Below, one piece after another: positions 1 to 9,148 of a DNA stretch of 64,000 nucleotides. A program made the position numbers and the translations under genes. How positions within the stretch are numbered: the stretch's first letter is position 1; each line of letters opens with the position of its first letter. The DNA comes from Bacteroidota bacterium (GTDB taxonomy: Bacteria; Bacteroidota; Bacteroidia; NS11-12g; UBA9320). The notes below the pieces were generated by a model. The model had not been told where the DNA came from, searched no databases, and worked only from the letters and a program-made list of their open reading frames with translations. The DNA is taken from NCBI GenBank assembly GCA_018700895.1, contig JABIUV010000025.1, positions 56,075 through 120,074 on the forward strand. Reading direction: 5' to 3'.

Positions 1-252
1 GGTATCCAGAATAAGTTCTTTGGCTTGTGCTAAATTATCAAAAGTTAAGGTGGCACTTCCTTTCAGTAAAGTGGAGTCAAAATCCACGGCAAGGTTCAAA
101 GAAATGTGTGTTACAATGGCCTCCTTTGTATTGGCAAAAGAATGTTGGTCAATAGTAGACGCCTTGTCATCTCCTGCTTCTTTTGGCTCATTACTGCATC
201 CTATAGACAAGATTAGTACTAAAAACACACATGTTTTGATTGAAAATTTCAT
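1..252 (-). CDS. M1-family metallopeptidase (aminopeptidase N-like) lipoprotein, N-terminal fragment running off window edge
   Basis: Minus-strand translation from ATG at 252: MKFSIKTCVFLVLILSIGCSNEPKE...HISLNLAVDFDSTLLKGSATLTFDNLAQAKELILDT. Lipoprotein signal plus the N-terminal beta-sandwich pattern typical of M1 aminopeptidases. Absent from ORF track only because it is partial. Confidence 0.5.
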   Translation of the reverse strand, partial: MKFSIKTCVFLVLILSIGCSNEPKEAGDDKASTIDQHSFANTKEAIVTHISLNLAVDFDSTLLKGSATLTFDNLAQAKELILDT

Positions 253-420
253 TGTGTTGCAAAGTAATGCACCATCTTACGAGCATCGTTCTATTAGTGT
301 AATTTTTTTTAATCCACAACTCCTCCACTTGCATCCAATTAAAAAAGGGGTATTTTCGCTGACCGTTTGCAGTATTGGCACGCTATTTGGCCTAAGTGAA
401 AGCGGAATATTACAGTTTAT

Positions 421-1311
421 ATGAAAAAAGTACTTTTTACACTGCTGGTTTTAGGATTATTCACCATGTCGTCTTATGCCCAAGCTGATGGTGACGGATG
501 GGGGAGCGATTCTGGCGACGGCTGGGGAGATGATTCTGGCGATGGTTGGGGTTCTGACGATAATTCAGGCTCTGATTATGATTACGACCAAGGTTCAGGG
601 GCTAGCTATACAGATGACAGCACAACAAACGATGATGCTTGGGGTTCTGACGATGACAGTTGGGGTTCTTCTGACGATGACAACAGCTATGGTTACGGTG
701 GTGATGATAGAGTAAGAGCAGCTAGACCACAAGTTACCTCAAAACCATACGAACGATTTACGGGTATGCCGTATGACAGCACCTCTCAGTTAGTGGCTTA
801 TATGGAAATAGTAGAAGTAATAGTTCCAGATAGATTTTTAGATTTAGGTGGCGAAGATTATGCAGTGTATGATTCTCTATACGCTCGTGCATTGACTTGG
901 ATGCAAAAAGAATTTGGAAAAAAAGAAGCAAAACAAATGATAGAAGCCGCCGGTGCCGATCCTAACGGTAAAGAAGGCTCTACGATTAATGCTTTTGTAA
1001 CTATGCCTTTACTCGTACAAGTAAATAAGTACCAAACTAAAGAAGCTGGTCAACTGCAATTTGATATGGAGTTGCGTTTCAAAGATGAACGTTACAGATA
1101 TAAATTTGAAAATTTCATGCACATCCATCCTAATCCTAGCGGGGATAAAAAAGATGAAAAAACATATATGGAATATTATCTAAACGCTAAAAAGAATGTG
1201 CGTAAAAACGATGTGATTCTGATAGCGTGTAATAATCAAATGAACAAACTAATTGAAGGGCTTAAAGCTACGTGTGCTGCAGTACCTTATATAGACGATG
1301 ACGATTGGTAG
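421..1311 (+). CDS. secreted hypothetical protein with acidic Gly/Trp/Asp/Ser repeat linker and a conserved C-terminal globular domain
   Basis: Signal peptide MKKVLFTLLVLGLFTMSSYAQA. About 80 aa of DGDGWGSDSGDGWGDDSGDGWGSDD low-complexity sequence. A roughly 190-aa C-terminal domain follows, ending YIDDDDW. Confidence 0.6.
   Translation: MKKVLFTLLVLGLFTMSSYAQADGDGWGSDSGDGWGDDSGDGWGSDDNSGSDYDYDQGSGASYTDDSTTNDDAWGSDDDSWGSSDDDNSYGYGGDDRVRAARPQVTSKPYERFTGMPYDSTSQLVAYMEIVEVIVPDRFLDLGGEDYAVYDSLYARALTWMQKEFGKKEAKQMIEAAGADPNGKEGSTINAFVTMPLLVQVNKYQTKEAGQLQFDMELRFKDERYRYKFENFMHIHPNPSGDKKDEKTYMEYYLNAKKNVRKNDVILIACNNQMNKLIEGLKATCAAVPYIDDDDW
487..700 (+). repeat. in-frame tandem, degenerate about 24-nt repeats (gattctggcga[cy]gg[ct]tgggg...) encoding D-S-G-D-G-W-G units
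   Basis: Three near-identical units at 487-558 and further (D/S)WGS(D) units to about 700, seen directly in the sequence. Confidence 0.5.
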
Positions 1312-1397
1312 AGGCCGCTACATCAAAATATTCAAAAGTCTCTCACCTTGGTGGGGGACTTTTTCGTTTGAGGTAACGTTGACTTTGTAAGTAATGA

Positions 1398-1808
1398 ATG
1401 ACAAGCAACAGACAGCAATGGATAGATGCCATCCTACACCTCAGGCTCCACTTTTCCCTGTTGCTTATGCCGGTATACTTGTTTGCCTTATCTCAGGTTC
1501 CTACACTTCCATTTGTGGAAGATTCTTATACAAACCCTTACACTATTTCAGGAATAATCGTCTTTTTCATTCTACACGTACTCGTTTATCCCGCCAGCAA
1601 TATTTTTAACGGATATTATGATACTGATACCAGAAGCGTAGGTGGTTTGAAGAATCCACCACCTTCCAATGTAAAGATGTTGTGGTTGGCAAACATTTTG
1701 GATTTGGTAGCACTTGCTATCTCATTTCTGCTGAAAATAGAATTTACTCTCATATTACTCTCCTATATCACAGCTTCACGAATATATAGCTACAGACTCT
1801 TCCTGTAA
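1398..1808 (+). pseudogene. UbiA-family prenyltransferase-like membrane protein, apparently truncated (136 aa versus about 290 expected)
   Basis: Hydrophobic helices LHLRLHFSLLLMPVYLFAL and ASNIFNGYYDTDTRS. The latter resembles a degraded NDxxDxxxD first Asp-rich motif of UbiA enzymes. ORF stops 160 nt before the tRNA-Val 3' end. The downstream frames carry only a short remnant. Confidence 0.3.
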
Positions 1809-1967
1809 ATCCTTTGTGATTACAATTATGCTTGCCGATTCTCTCAATCATCGCTTCATACGTATGACCTACGTAGAATTTATCCATCTTTTGAGAATGT
1901 AAAACCTAGAATCTGCACATAAAGTAAAATAAAAAAAGTCCCGCCGTTAAGCGAGACTTCTGTTTTG

Positions 1968-2042
1968 TGGGCAATGTTGGATTCGAACCAACGACCCCCT
2001 GCTTGTAAGGCAGGTGCTCTAAACCAACTGAGCTAATCGCCC
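1968..2042 (-). tRNA. tRNA-Val (anticodon UAC)
   Basis: Reverse complement GGGCGATTAGCTCAGTTGGTTTAGAGCACCTGCCTTACAAGCAGGGGGTCGTTGGTTCGAATCCAACATTGCCCA folds as a canonical cloverleaf. Acceptor stem GGGCGAT/ATTGCCC, anticodon loop CTTACAA, T-loop TTCGAAT. CCA is not encoded. Confidence 0.9.
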
Positions 2043-2275
2043 CGTTTTAAAGGGTTGCAAATATAATTTCAGTTTTATACTTACCAAACAAATATTTTAA
2101 AAAAATAGAAGGCCATATTAAGACCTTCTGCCCCCTAGCTTTATGCCTTGTTTATATATGGCGTTCAACGAAATAATACACTCCCAATACACCAATGTGC
2201 ATTGTTAATTGGTTATACTATATACAATACTATTTATAGCCGTCCTTTGTCGGAAATATTGGTGTTACAATAGCC

Positions 2276-4750
2276 GTGCTAAAAAAAATACTGAAAATAT
2301 CCCTACTTCTTTTCATACTGTTTGGTATGCTAGTGGCGGCACTTGCTCTTTATTTTCATCAAAACATACAGCCTGTACTCGTATCCGAAATAAACAAATC
2401 GCTAGCCGTAAAAGTAGAAGTACAACAGATATCGCTCTCCAGCCTGCGTGACTTCCCAAACTTGGGTATAAAAATGTCCGACGTGAGCATAGCTCAAAGT
2501 ACGCCTTATTACAAAGAAAAATTACTAGTAGCAGAAGAGTTAAATCTATTTGTAGATATCTGGAAACTGTACAAAGGTGAATACGTAATAGACAAAATCA
2601 TCATTCGGGATGCAGCACTTCGCGTAGCTGATTTGAACTATGGCACTAACTATGACATCCTAAAACCAAGTGAAGAAGATGCAGCTACTCCCGTAAGTTT
2701 TGAAATAAGTAAACTAATAATGATAAACTGTGACATACGCTATGAGCACAGACCAAGTAAACTATTGTGTAACACCTACACGCCAAGCAGCACCTTGTCG
2801 CTCAAGTACACAGGAAATGATATAATACTAGGTGTAAATGCACAACTTAATGCTTCACACTTACGATCGGGCAAGGATGATTACCTCACAAAAAAGAATC
2901 TCAAAATAAATGCAAACCTAGAAGTACTCACCGATGAAGAGCGGCTGGTAGTGTACCCTAGTGATATGCTCATAGAAAAGGTAAACTTGAGTGTAGATGG
3001 CGAGGTAAACTATAGTGCTGCCTCGGCTATCGACTTACGATTCAGCAACGACCGTGCTCCATTGGCCGATATACTCAGTATGCTGCCTCGCAGTGCTACA
3101 GAGAGTCTGGACCACTTACAGCTAAGTGGAGATGCCACGATAAATGCGTACCTTAGAGGCAAAACATACGCTCGTAATGAGCCAAGTTTTGGGTTAGACT
3201 ACCTATTAAAAGAGGGCACGGTAACAATAGCTGAGCAAAGTCTTACCTTATCCCACATATCTGCTGAGGGCAAGTTACGTATGCCCACACTCAGCAATAT
3301 GAAAGAAGCCGAAGCTTCTGCAATAATCCAAAATGCAGCCACTGGCAACAATGCCATAAGTGGGACATTGGCGGTAAAAGATTTTGAAATACCCACGATA
3401 ACCTGGGACGGACAAGCTAAACTGGATGCTAGTTTCATTTTTGGATTGTTAGGTGATGCTAATTTTGAACCGAGCAGTGGTCAGATAACCGCCAATGGTA
3501 AACTCAGACTGCAATATAACACCTACACCCAAGAGTTAGCCAAAGACGCTTTTTCATACATAGGAGAAATTGCCGTAAAAAACCTGAAAGGTAAACTTAC
3601 TAATCCAGCACTCAATGTAAAAGATTTTAGTCTAAACCTCACTGCCAATAAACGCAATGTACAAATTAAAAATGCCACCTTTGCTTACAACCAAACTTCG
3701 GGGAAATTTAATGGTGACGTACTCAATTTCAAGTCTTTGCTCAACCCACAAAGCAATTTAAAACTTACCGGCAACCTTACAGTAAATAATTTGTATATCA
3801 ATGAGTTATACGCCACTTCCGATACCTCTGAAAAACAAAATGGGACTTCAACTGATGATTTATTACCTATAAATTTAGCTGTACAAACCACGTTTAACAA
3901 CTTCCAATACAATGATTTTATAGCACAAAAAATGAGCGGCACACTACTCTCAGACCGTAAGTCTATTAGTTTGCCAAATTGTAAAATCATTGCCTTACAA
4001 GGAAACACCATCGCCAATGTTTCATTGAAAAAATGGGGAGCCTCTCACTTACTCGACATACACTCCGATATTGCCAATATTAACATTACCGAGCTATTTA
4101 AGCAGTTTAATAATTTTGAACAATCTGAAATCACTTATGAGAACTTAAGCGGAACGCTAAATGGTAAAATTATAGCTAAAATAATTCTTGATGAAAACTA
4201 TGAACCCATAATGCCAAAGCTATATGTCAAAGCAGATGTAGTAGTAAGTGACGGTGCACTAGTAGCTTATGAGCCGCTTATGGAACTTTCCACCTTTGCC
4301 AAGGTAGACGACCTTAAGAATGTAAAATTCAAAACCTTACAGAATACCATCGAAATATTTGACCAGACTATTTTCATACCCAAGATGAAAATACGGAATA
4401 ACGCTCTTAACCTACAGATAGAAGGCACTCATACCTTTGAGAACTATATGACTTACAATATGGAGCTAAGCATAGCCGAGCTACTTGCCACCAAAGCCAA
4501 TTGGATAGCACGTAAAGCAGAGAAACGAATAGAAAAAAACCAAGAAGGTGGTCTCACTGCATACATCACTATGGAGGGCACACCAGACGATCTCAAAATA
4601 CGCTATGACAAAGCCACTGTAAAAGAGAACGTGAAGGAAGAGGTAAAAAATGAAAAGAAAAAATTCATAAAAGCCCTGAAAGGAGAAGCCACCTTAGACC
4701 AAAAAAAGGCTGATACCAAAGATTATGATAATGTTTGGGATGAGGAGTAA
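2276..4750 (+). CDS. AsmA-family outer-membrane assembly protein
   Basis: N-terminal membrane anchor MLKKILKISLLLFILFGMLVAALALYF followed by an 800-aa periplasmic repetitive beta-rich region typical of AsmA/TamB-like proteins. Lys/Glu-rich C-terminus. Confidence 0.65.
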   Translation: MLKKILKISLLLFILFGMLVAALALYFHQNIQPVLVSEINKSLAVKVEVQQISLSSLRDFPNLGIKMSDVSIAQSTPYYKEKLLVAEELNLFVDIWKLYKGEYVIDKIIIRDAALRVADLNYGTNYDILKPSEEDAATPVSFEISKLIMINCDIRYEHRPSKLLCNTYTPSSTLSLKYTGNDIILGVNAQLNASHLRSGKDDYLTKKNLKINANLEVLTDEERLVVYPSDMLIEKVNLSVDGEVNYSAASAIDLRFSNDRAPLADILSMLPRSATESLDHLQLSGDATINAYLRGKTYARNEPSFGLDYLLKEGTVTIAEQSLTLSHISAEGKLRMPTLSNMKEAEASAIIQNAATGNNAISGTLAVKDFEIPTITWDGQAKLDASFIFGLLGDANFEPSSGQITANGKLRLQYNTYTQELAKDAFSYIGEIAVKNLKGKLTNPALNVKDFSLNLTANKRNVQIKNATFAYNQTSGKFNGDVLNFKSLLNPQSNLKLTGNLTVNNLYINELYATSDTSEKQNGTSTDDLLPINLAVQTTFNNFQYNDFIAQKMSGTLLSDRKSISLPNCKIIALQGNTIANVSLKKWGASHLLDIHSDIANINITELFKQFNNFEQSEITYENLSGTLNGKIIAKIILDENYEPIMPKLYVKADVVVSDGALVAYEPLMELSTFAKVDDLKNVKFKTLQNTIEIFDQTIFIPKMKIRNNALNLQIEGTHTFENYMTYNMELSIAELLATKANWIARKAEKRIEKNQEGGLTAYITMEGTPDDLKIRYDKATVKENVKEEVKNEKKKFIKALKGEATLDQKKADTKDYDNVWDEE

Positions 4751-4756
4751 TACTCG

Positions 4757-5893
4757 CTACTCCTCACTTGCAAATAACTCACTGGCGATATAATCGGCAA
4801 AAAGAAAACCACTGTCTGTCAGTGAAAATTGGTCTCCGTCGAGCTTTGCCCATCCATTGGCCATCCATGCATTGAGTTCCGCGTTATACAGATGGCGTAT
4901 ATCATACCCATAGCCACTATGTATCTCCGCCAAATTTACACCCCATGTAGCTCGCAGTCCCGTAAGCATTTGCTCATTGAGCTTATCAGTAGCAGAGAGT
5001 ATTTCTATTTCGTAGGTGTTTTTATCCGCCGCGAGTAATTCTAAGTATATTTTATTACTGCTTACATTCCACATTCTACTTTTTTGGTCAAAACTATGAG
5101 CAGAAGGACCTACGCCTAGGTACTTTTTGTATTGCCAATACGCCGTATTGTGTTTGGAGTAATTTCCTTTTTTACAAAAATTACTCACTTCGTAATGCTC
5201 CCAATTGGCGGCATTAATTTCTTGGATGAGAATATCGTAGTGTTCCGAAGATTGGTCCTCATTGGGCTTTACATACTTCTTTTGCTGCACGAGTTTTTTG
5301 TACGGAGTATTTTCCTCCAGTGTAAGGCTATAAGCCGATAGATGATTGATGGGTAATTGAAGAGCCTGCTGCACCGTATCACGCCATTGAGCAGCTGAGA
5401 GAGCAGGTATGCCATATATCAAATCGATGGTAATATCCTCAAAACCCACTTGAGCTGCATAGGTGACACACTCCAAACTTTGTGCTGCTGTATGACTGCG
5501 ATTCATCCACTTAAGATGCGATTCATCAAAACTTTGTATACCTATACTCAAGCGATTTACCCCTACCGATTTTAACATCTGTAAATAGTCTAAGGACAAG
5601 TCGTCGGGATTACATTCAAAGGTTATTTCTGGGTTTTCTACTAGATTATAATGCTGCTTGATAATAGAAAGCAACGTAGAAATTTGCTCCTTATTCAGTA
5701 CACTAGGTGTGCCTCCACCGAAGTATACGGTTGCAATACGTTCATCTGCAGCAAAAAAATCACTTCTACTCACAAGCTCTTCGGCTATGCCAAATACAAT
5801 ATCATCTTGGTGCTTAAACGACACCGAAAAATGAAAATCGCAATAGAAGCAAGCTTTTTTGCAAAAGGGTACATGTATATATATTCCAGCCAA
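4757..5893 (-). CDS. hemW: radical-SAM heme chaperone HemW (HemN-like)
   Basis: N-terminal YIHVPFCKKACFYCDFH CxxxCxxC radical-SAM motif with the GGGTPS signature. 378 aa. Confidence 0.85.
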   Translation of the reverse strand: MAGIYIHVPFCKKACFYCDFHFSVSFKHQDDIVFGIAEELVSRSDFFAADERIATVYFGGGTPSVLNKEQISTLLSIIKQHYNLVENPEITFECNPDDLSLDYLQMLKSVGVNRLSIGIQSFDESHLKWMNRSHTAAQSLECVTYAAQVGFEDITIDLIYGIPALSAAQWRDTVQQALQLPINHLSAYSLTLEENTPYKKLVQQKKYVKPNEDQSSEHYDILIQEINAANWEHYEVSNFCKKGNYSKHNTAYWQYKKYLGVGPSAHSFDQKSRMWNVSSNKIYLELLAADKNTYEIEILSATDKLNEQMLTGLRATWGVNLAEIHSGYGYDIRHLYNAELNAWMANGWAKLDGDQFSLTDSGFLFADYIASELFASEE

Positions 5894-5939
5894 GGTGTAA
5901 TTTCGGTATCTTTAATATCGTTTACCTTTGTGAGCAAAC

Positions 5940-7679
5940 GTGTACAAAGGTATTTTAATTTTGAGCTTTGTGCTTATGGGTATATCCGCTAAGGCACAAC
6001 AATACACCTTCACTATGAATCAAGGTGCGGAGGCTACCCACCTTAAAGTATCAGACTCCTTACAAGCTTATCAGCTGCTAAACCGCCAACTTACCCAACT
6101 TAGAAACGAAGGTTATCTTGCGGCGTATGCAGATAGTCTATTGCAGCAAAACGACACACTGCTCAGCACTGTGCACAAAGGTTACAGGTACAAGGCTATA
6201 CACATCAATAGTCACAACATAAGCAGAGAATATCTAGCTCAGCAAAAGCATATAGGCCTAGACCTCGCAAGCTTTGGCCGTTTTCAGCAGCAACTTATTA
6301 CCCTACACGAAAACAACGGATTTCCATTTGCTCATCTCAAACTACAGGATAACTATGCCCGAGGTGATACGCTTTATACCACCTTGTTTTTTGATCCTTA
6401 TATCAAATTTGAGTATGATAGCATCGTATATAACGGGAGTGCTACTATATCTAAAACATACTTAGCCAAGTACCTCAATATAGAGCAGGGCAAACTTTAC
6501 GATGAATCGGTAGTGAAAACAATAGACCAAAAGCTACGTAACTTACCCTTGGTAAAAATGAAGGGAGCAAGTAGAATTGTTTTTTTTAGAGGCAAGGTGC
6601 GTGTTGTGTTAAAAATAGATGATAATATAACCGATAGACTAGATGGAGTAGTAGGATTGGCACCCAATAGTGCCAATAGCCAAGAAAATCAGTTGCTCAT
6701 TACAGGTGAGCTCAATATAGAACTCAATAACCTTTTCAAAAGCGGAAAACAACTGGAGCTTCATTGGCGAAATTACTTGCAAAACTCACAGAAACTAGAC
6801 CTTGGTTTCACCTACCCCTACTTATTCAATACGCGTGTAGGCATATCGAGCGAGTTTAATCTCAATAAGTTTGACACGCTATTTGTTAATCTGCAGAGTA
6901 AGCTTTCGCTGAGGTATCAGCAGCAGGGCAACAATTATGTGCAGGTTTACTACCAAAACGTCAATAGTAATTTGCTCAGTGCCGATACTTCGGCTGTACG
7001 AGTATCAAAAAAAATTCCTACCAACAATCCGTATACTATACGCAATTATGGTTTAGCCATTTTTCAGCAAGACTTAGATTACTTACCCAATCCTAGAAAA
7101 GGTTACCGCATACTTGCCGATGGAGCTATTGGCCAAAAGCAAATTGTACGCAATGCCGATATACGGCAAGTAAAATTTGCAAACAGCGACAACGGCAGCA
7201 TTATATCGGTATATGACACCGCTCAGCTCAAAAGTACACGCCTAGAGTTTAAAGTGGCCTCGTCTTATTTTATTCCTATAAAAAAACGTAGCACTCTACA
7301 CCAAAAATTATCCTTTCAAGGCCTATTTGCCAGCAACGTTTTTTTTAATGAGTTATATAACTTTGGAGGCTATTCGTCGCTTCGGGGTTTCGACGAGAAT
7401 GAGTTTTTTGCCAGCAAAATGCTTACCTACACCGCAGAGTATAGATACCTCATAGGCGAAAATAGTTATGTTGGTCTATTTGCCAATACAGCCTTGCTCG
7501 AGAATAAACTTGAAAGTGATGTACTGATATTTGACATCCCTTATGGTTTTGGTGTGTCGGCCAATATACAAGTTGGCAAAGGAATACTCAATTTGGCATA
7601 TGCATTAGGTAGTAGACAAGGCAACACCTTACAACTTAGTGCTGCAAAGTTTCACTTTGGTGTGGTCAATTATTTTTAG
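5940..7679 (+). CDS. Omp85/BamA-TamA-family outer-membrane protein
   Basis: Signal peptide, POTRA-like N-terminal region, C-terminal beta-barrel with YNFGGYSSLRGFDENEF surface-antigen (D15) motif. Confidence 0.65.
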   Translation: MYKGILILSFVLMGISAKAQQYTFTMNQGAEATHLKVSDSLQAYQLLNRQLTQLRNEGYLAAYADSLLQQNDTLLSTVHKGYRYKAIHINSHNISREYLAQQKHIGLDLASFGRFQQQLITLHENNGFPFAHLKLQDNYARGDTLYTTLFFDPYIKFEYDSIVYNGSATISKTYLAKYLNIEQGKLYDESVVKTIDQKLRNLPLVKMKGASRIVFFRGKVRVVLKIDDNITDRLDGVVGLAPNSANSQENQLLITGELNIELNNLFKSGKQLELHWRNYLQNSQKLDLGFTYPYLFNTRVGISSEFNLNKFDTLFVNLQSKLSLRYQQQGNNYVQVYYQNVNSNLLSADTSAVRVSKKIPTNNPYTIRNYGLAIFQQDLDYLPNPRKGYRILADGAIGQKQIVRNADIRQVKFANSDNGSIISVYDTAQLKSTRLEFKVASSYFIPIKKRSTLHQKLSFQGLFASNVFFNELYNFGGYSSLRGFDENEFFASKMLTYTAEYRYLIGENSYVGLFANTALLENKLESDVLIFDIPYGFGVSANIQVGKGILNLAYALGSRQGNTLQLSAAKFHFGVVNYF

Positions 7680-7703
7680 AAAAAATAAAACACCTTTGTA
7701 GTA

Positions 7704-8387
7704 ATGCTCATCGCAGTTCTGACAACAGACTTAGTGCTCAAACATGAGGCACCCATGTACCTCAAGGTATTGTTGCTTTTTTTACTGATGTGTATTGTCT
7801 TTGTATACACGACTAATGGCAGATGGTTCTCCTCTATGTTTTATTTAGCCACCTTACCTATTCAGCGTTTCAATTGGCAGAGTGAGCAATTTTTGGGCAA
7901 CCCTATCTTTCGCATAGCATCGTTTGTACTGTCTAGTTTTACGATAGCCATCTTCGTTTGCACCTATGAGCTTACCCCTCCCGACTTCATATTTCTAGAT
8001 AACATTGCGATATTTACATGTGTACTTGTTGCAGCAATTGTCCTTTTTTTAATCAAGTATGCAGGCAATTTGTTTTACTTTGGAATGCACGAGGAGAGCA
8101 ACTTAGGCTCGCGTGTGGTAGATTTTCAATCAAGTATTAATCAGTTATTTAGTCTTGTAATCAGCGGATTGATATTGGTCGATATTTTTTACCTCAGACT
8201 GAGCGGCGACCTTTTTCATATCGTATTGATTGGTATAGCTATTTACTTTTTGATACGGCTATATGGTACCATAGTAATCCTCCAATCCAATTTTAAACAC
8301 TCCTTTCTCGCTGTTTTTGTCTACCTTTGCACCTACGAAATAGTACCGGCACTTGTATTTGCCAAAATACTATTCGTAAACAGCTAA
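7704..8387 (+). CDS. polytopic membrane protein (DUF4271-like), immediately upstream of hemD
   Basis: Six predicted TM helices. DUF4271-hemD pairing is a common Bacteroidota arrangement. Confidence 0.45.
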   Translation: MLIAVLTTDLVLKHEAPMYLKVLLLFLLMCIVFVYTTNGRWFSSMFYLATLPIQRFNWQSEQFLGNPIFRIASFVLSSFTIAIFVCTYELTPPDFIFLDNIAIFTCVLVAAIVLFLIKYAGNLFYFGMHEESNLGSRVVDFQSSINQLFSLVISGLILVDIFYLRLSGDLFHIVLIGIAIYFLIRLYGTIVILQSNFKHSFLAVFVYLCTYEIVPALVFAKILFVNS

Positions 8388-8398
8388 AGAGAATTAAT

Positions 8399-9148
8399 TT
8401 GAGTGTAAAAACGATATTAATATCGCAACCCCATCCGGGAAGCAACAAAACTGTGTATGATGTGCTTACAGAGAAGTACGGAGTACGCGTTGATTTCCAT
8501 CAATTTATTGAGGTGCAGCCAGTAGCTGCAAGAGAGTTGCGAAAGCAGAAACTCAGAATATTGGACCACGATGCCATAATTTTTAATTCACGCAATGCCA
8601 TCGATCATTTTTTCAGAATAGTAGAAGAAATGAAGGTAGAGATACCTGCTACTATGAAATATTTCTGTACAAACGAAGGCGTTTCACTCTATATACAGAA
8701 GTATACCCAACTGCGAAAACGAAAAATGTTCGTAGGCAAAGGGACCGATTCTTCTTTCTTAGATTTACTCAAAAAGCATAAAGCACTCAACTATCTATTT
8801 CCGTGTAGCAATATACGCAATGAGGTGATTCCTAATTACCTTAACGAAATGAATATCACCCATACCGAAGCAATAATGTATCATACGGTAAATTCTGACC
8901 TCTCGGGACTTACCAATGTCTATTATGATATTTTGGTATTCTTTAGCCCGCAAGGTATTGTGTCTTTATTTGCCAATTTCCCAGATTTCGTACAGGAAGG
9001 CTCTAGAGCTATAGCAGGTTGGGGTAAAACTACCGATCAAGCTCTCAAAGAAGCTGGTCTCGTAAATACGATTCCTGCTCCTACAGCAGATCATCCGAGT
9101 ATGGTGGCTGCACTTGATGCCTATATCAAGGAACAACTTAAGAAATAA
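8399..9148 (+). CDS. hemD: uroporphyrinogen-III synthase
   Basis: LSVKTILISQPHPGSNKTVYDVLTEKYGVRVDFHQFIEVQPV matches the Bacteroidota HemD N-terminus. I place the start at TTG 8399 (about 250 aa). The ORF track extends to 8327, overlapping the upstream gene. Confidence 0.6.
   Translation: MSVKTILISQPHPGSNKTVYDVLTEKYGVRVDFHQFIEVQPVAARELRKQKLRILDHDAIIFNSRNAIDHFFRIVEEMKVEIPATMKYFCTNEGVSLYIQKYTQLRKRKMFVGKGTDSSFLDLLKKHKALNYLFPCSNIRNEVIPNYLNEMNITHTEAIMYHTVNSDLSGLTNVYYDILVFFSPQGIVSLFANFPDFVQEGSRAIAGWGKTTDQALKEAGLVNTIPAPTADHPSMVAALDAYIKEQLKK

Noticed and set aside
20-424. 134-aa plus-strand ORF at the window start
   Set aside because: It is antisense to a much more convincing partial M1-peptidase lipoprotein gene (minus strand, ATG at 252) and has no recognisable features.
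476-715. 79-aa Met/Thr/Val-rich ORF in an alternative frame of the acidic repeat region
   Set aside because: It is a frame artefact of the GW-repeat DNA inside the 421-1311 CDS.
8327-8398. ORF-track 5' extension of hemD overlapping the DUF4271 gene by 60 nt
   Set aside because: The HemD homology begins at LSVKTILISQ. A TTG at 8399 gives a typical 250-aa HemD without a long overlap.
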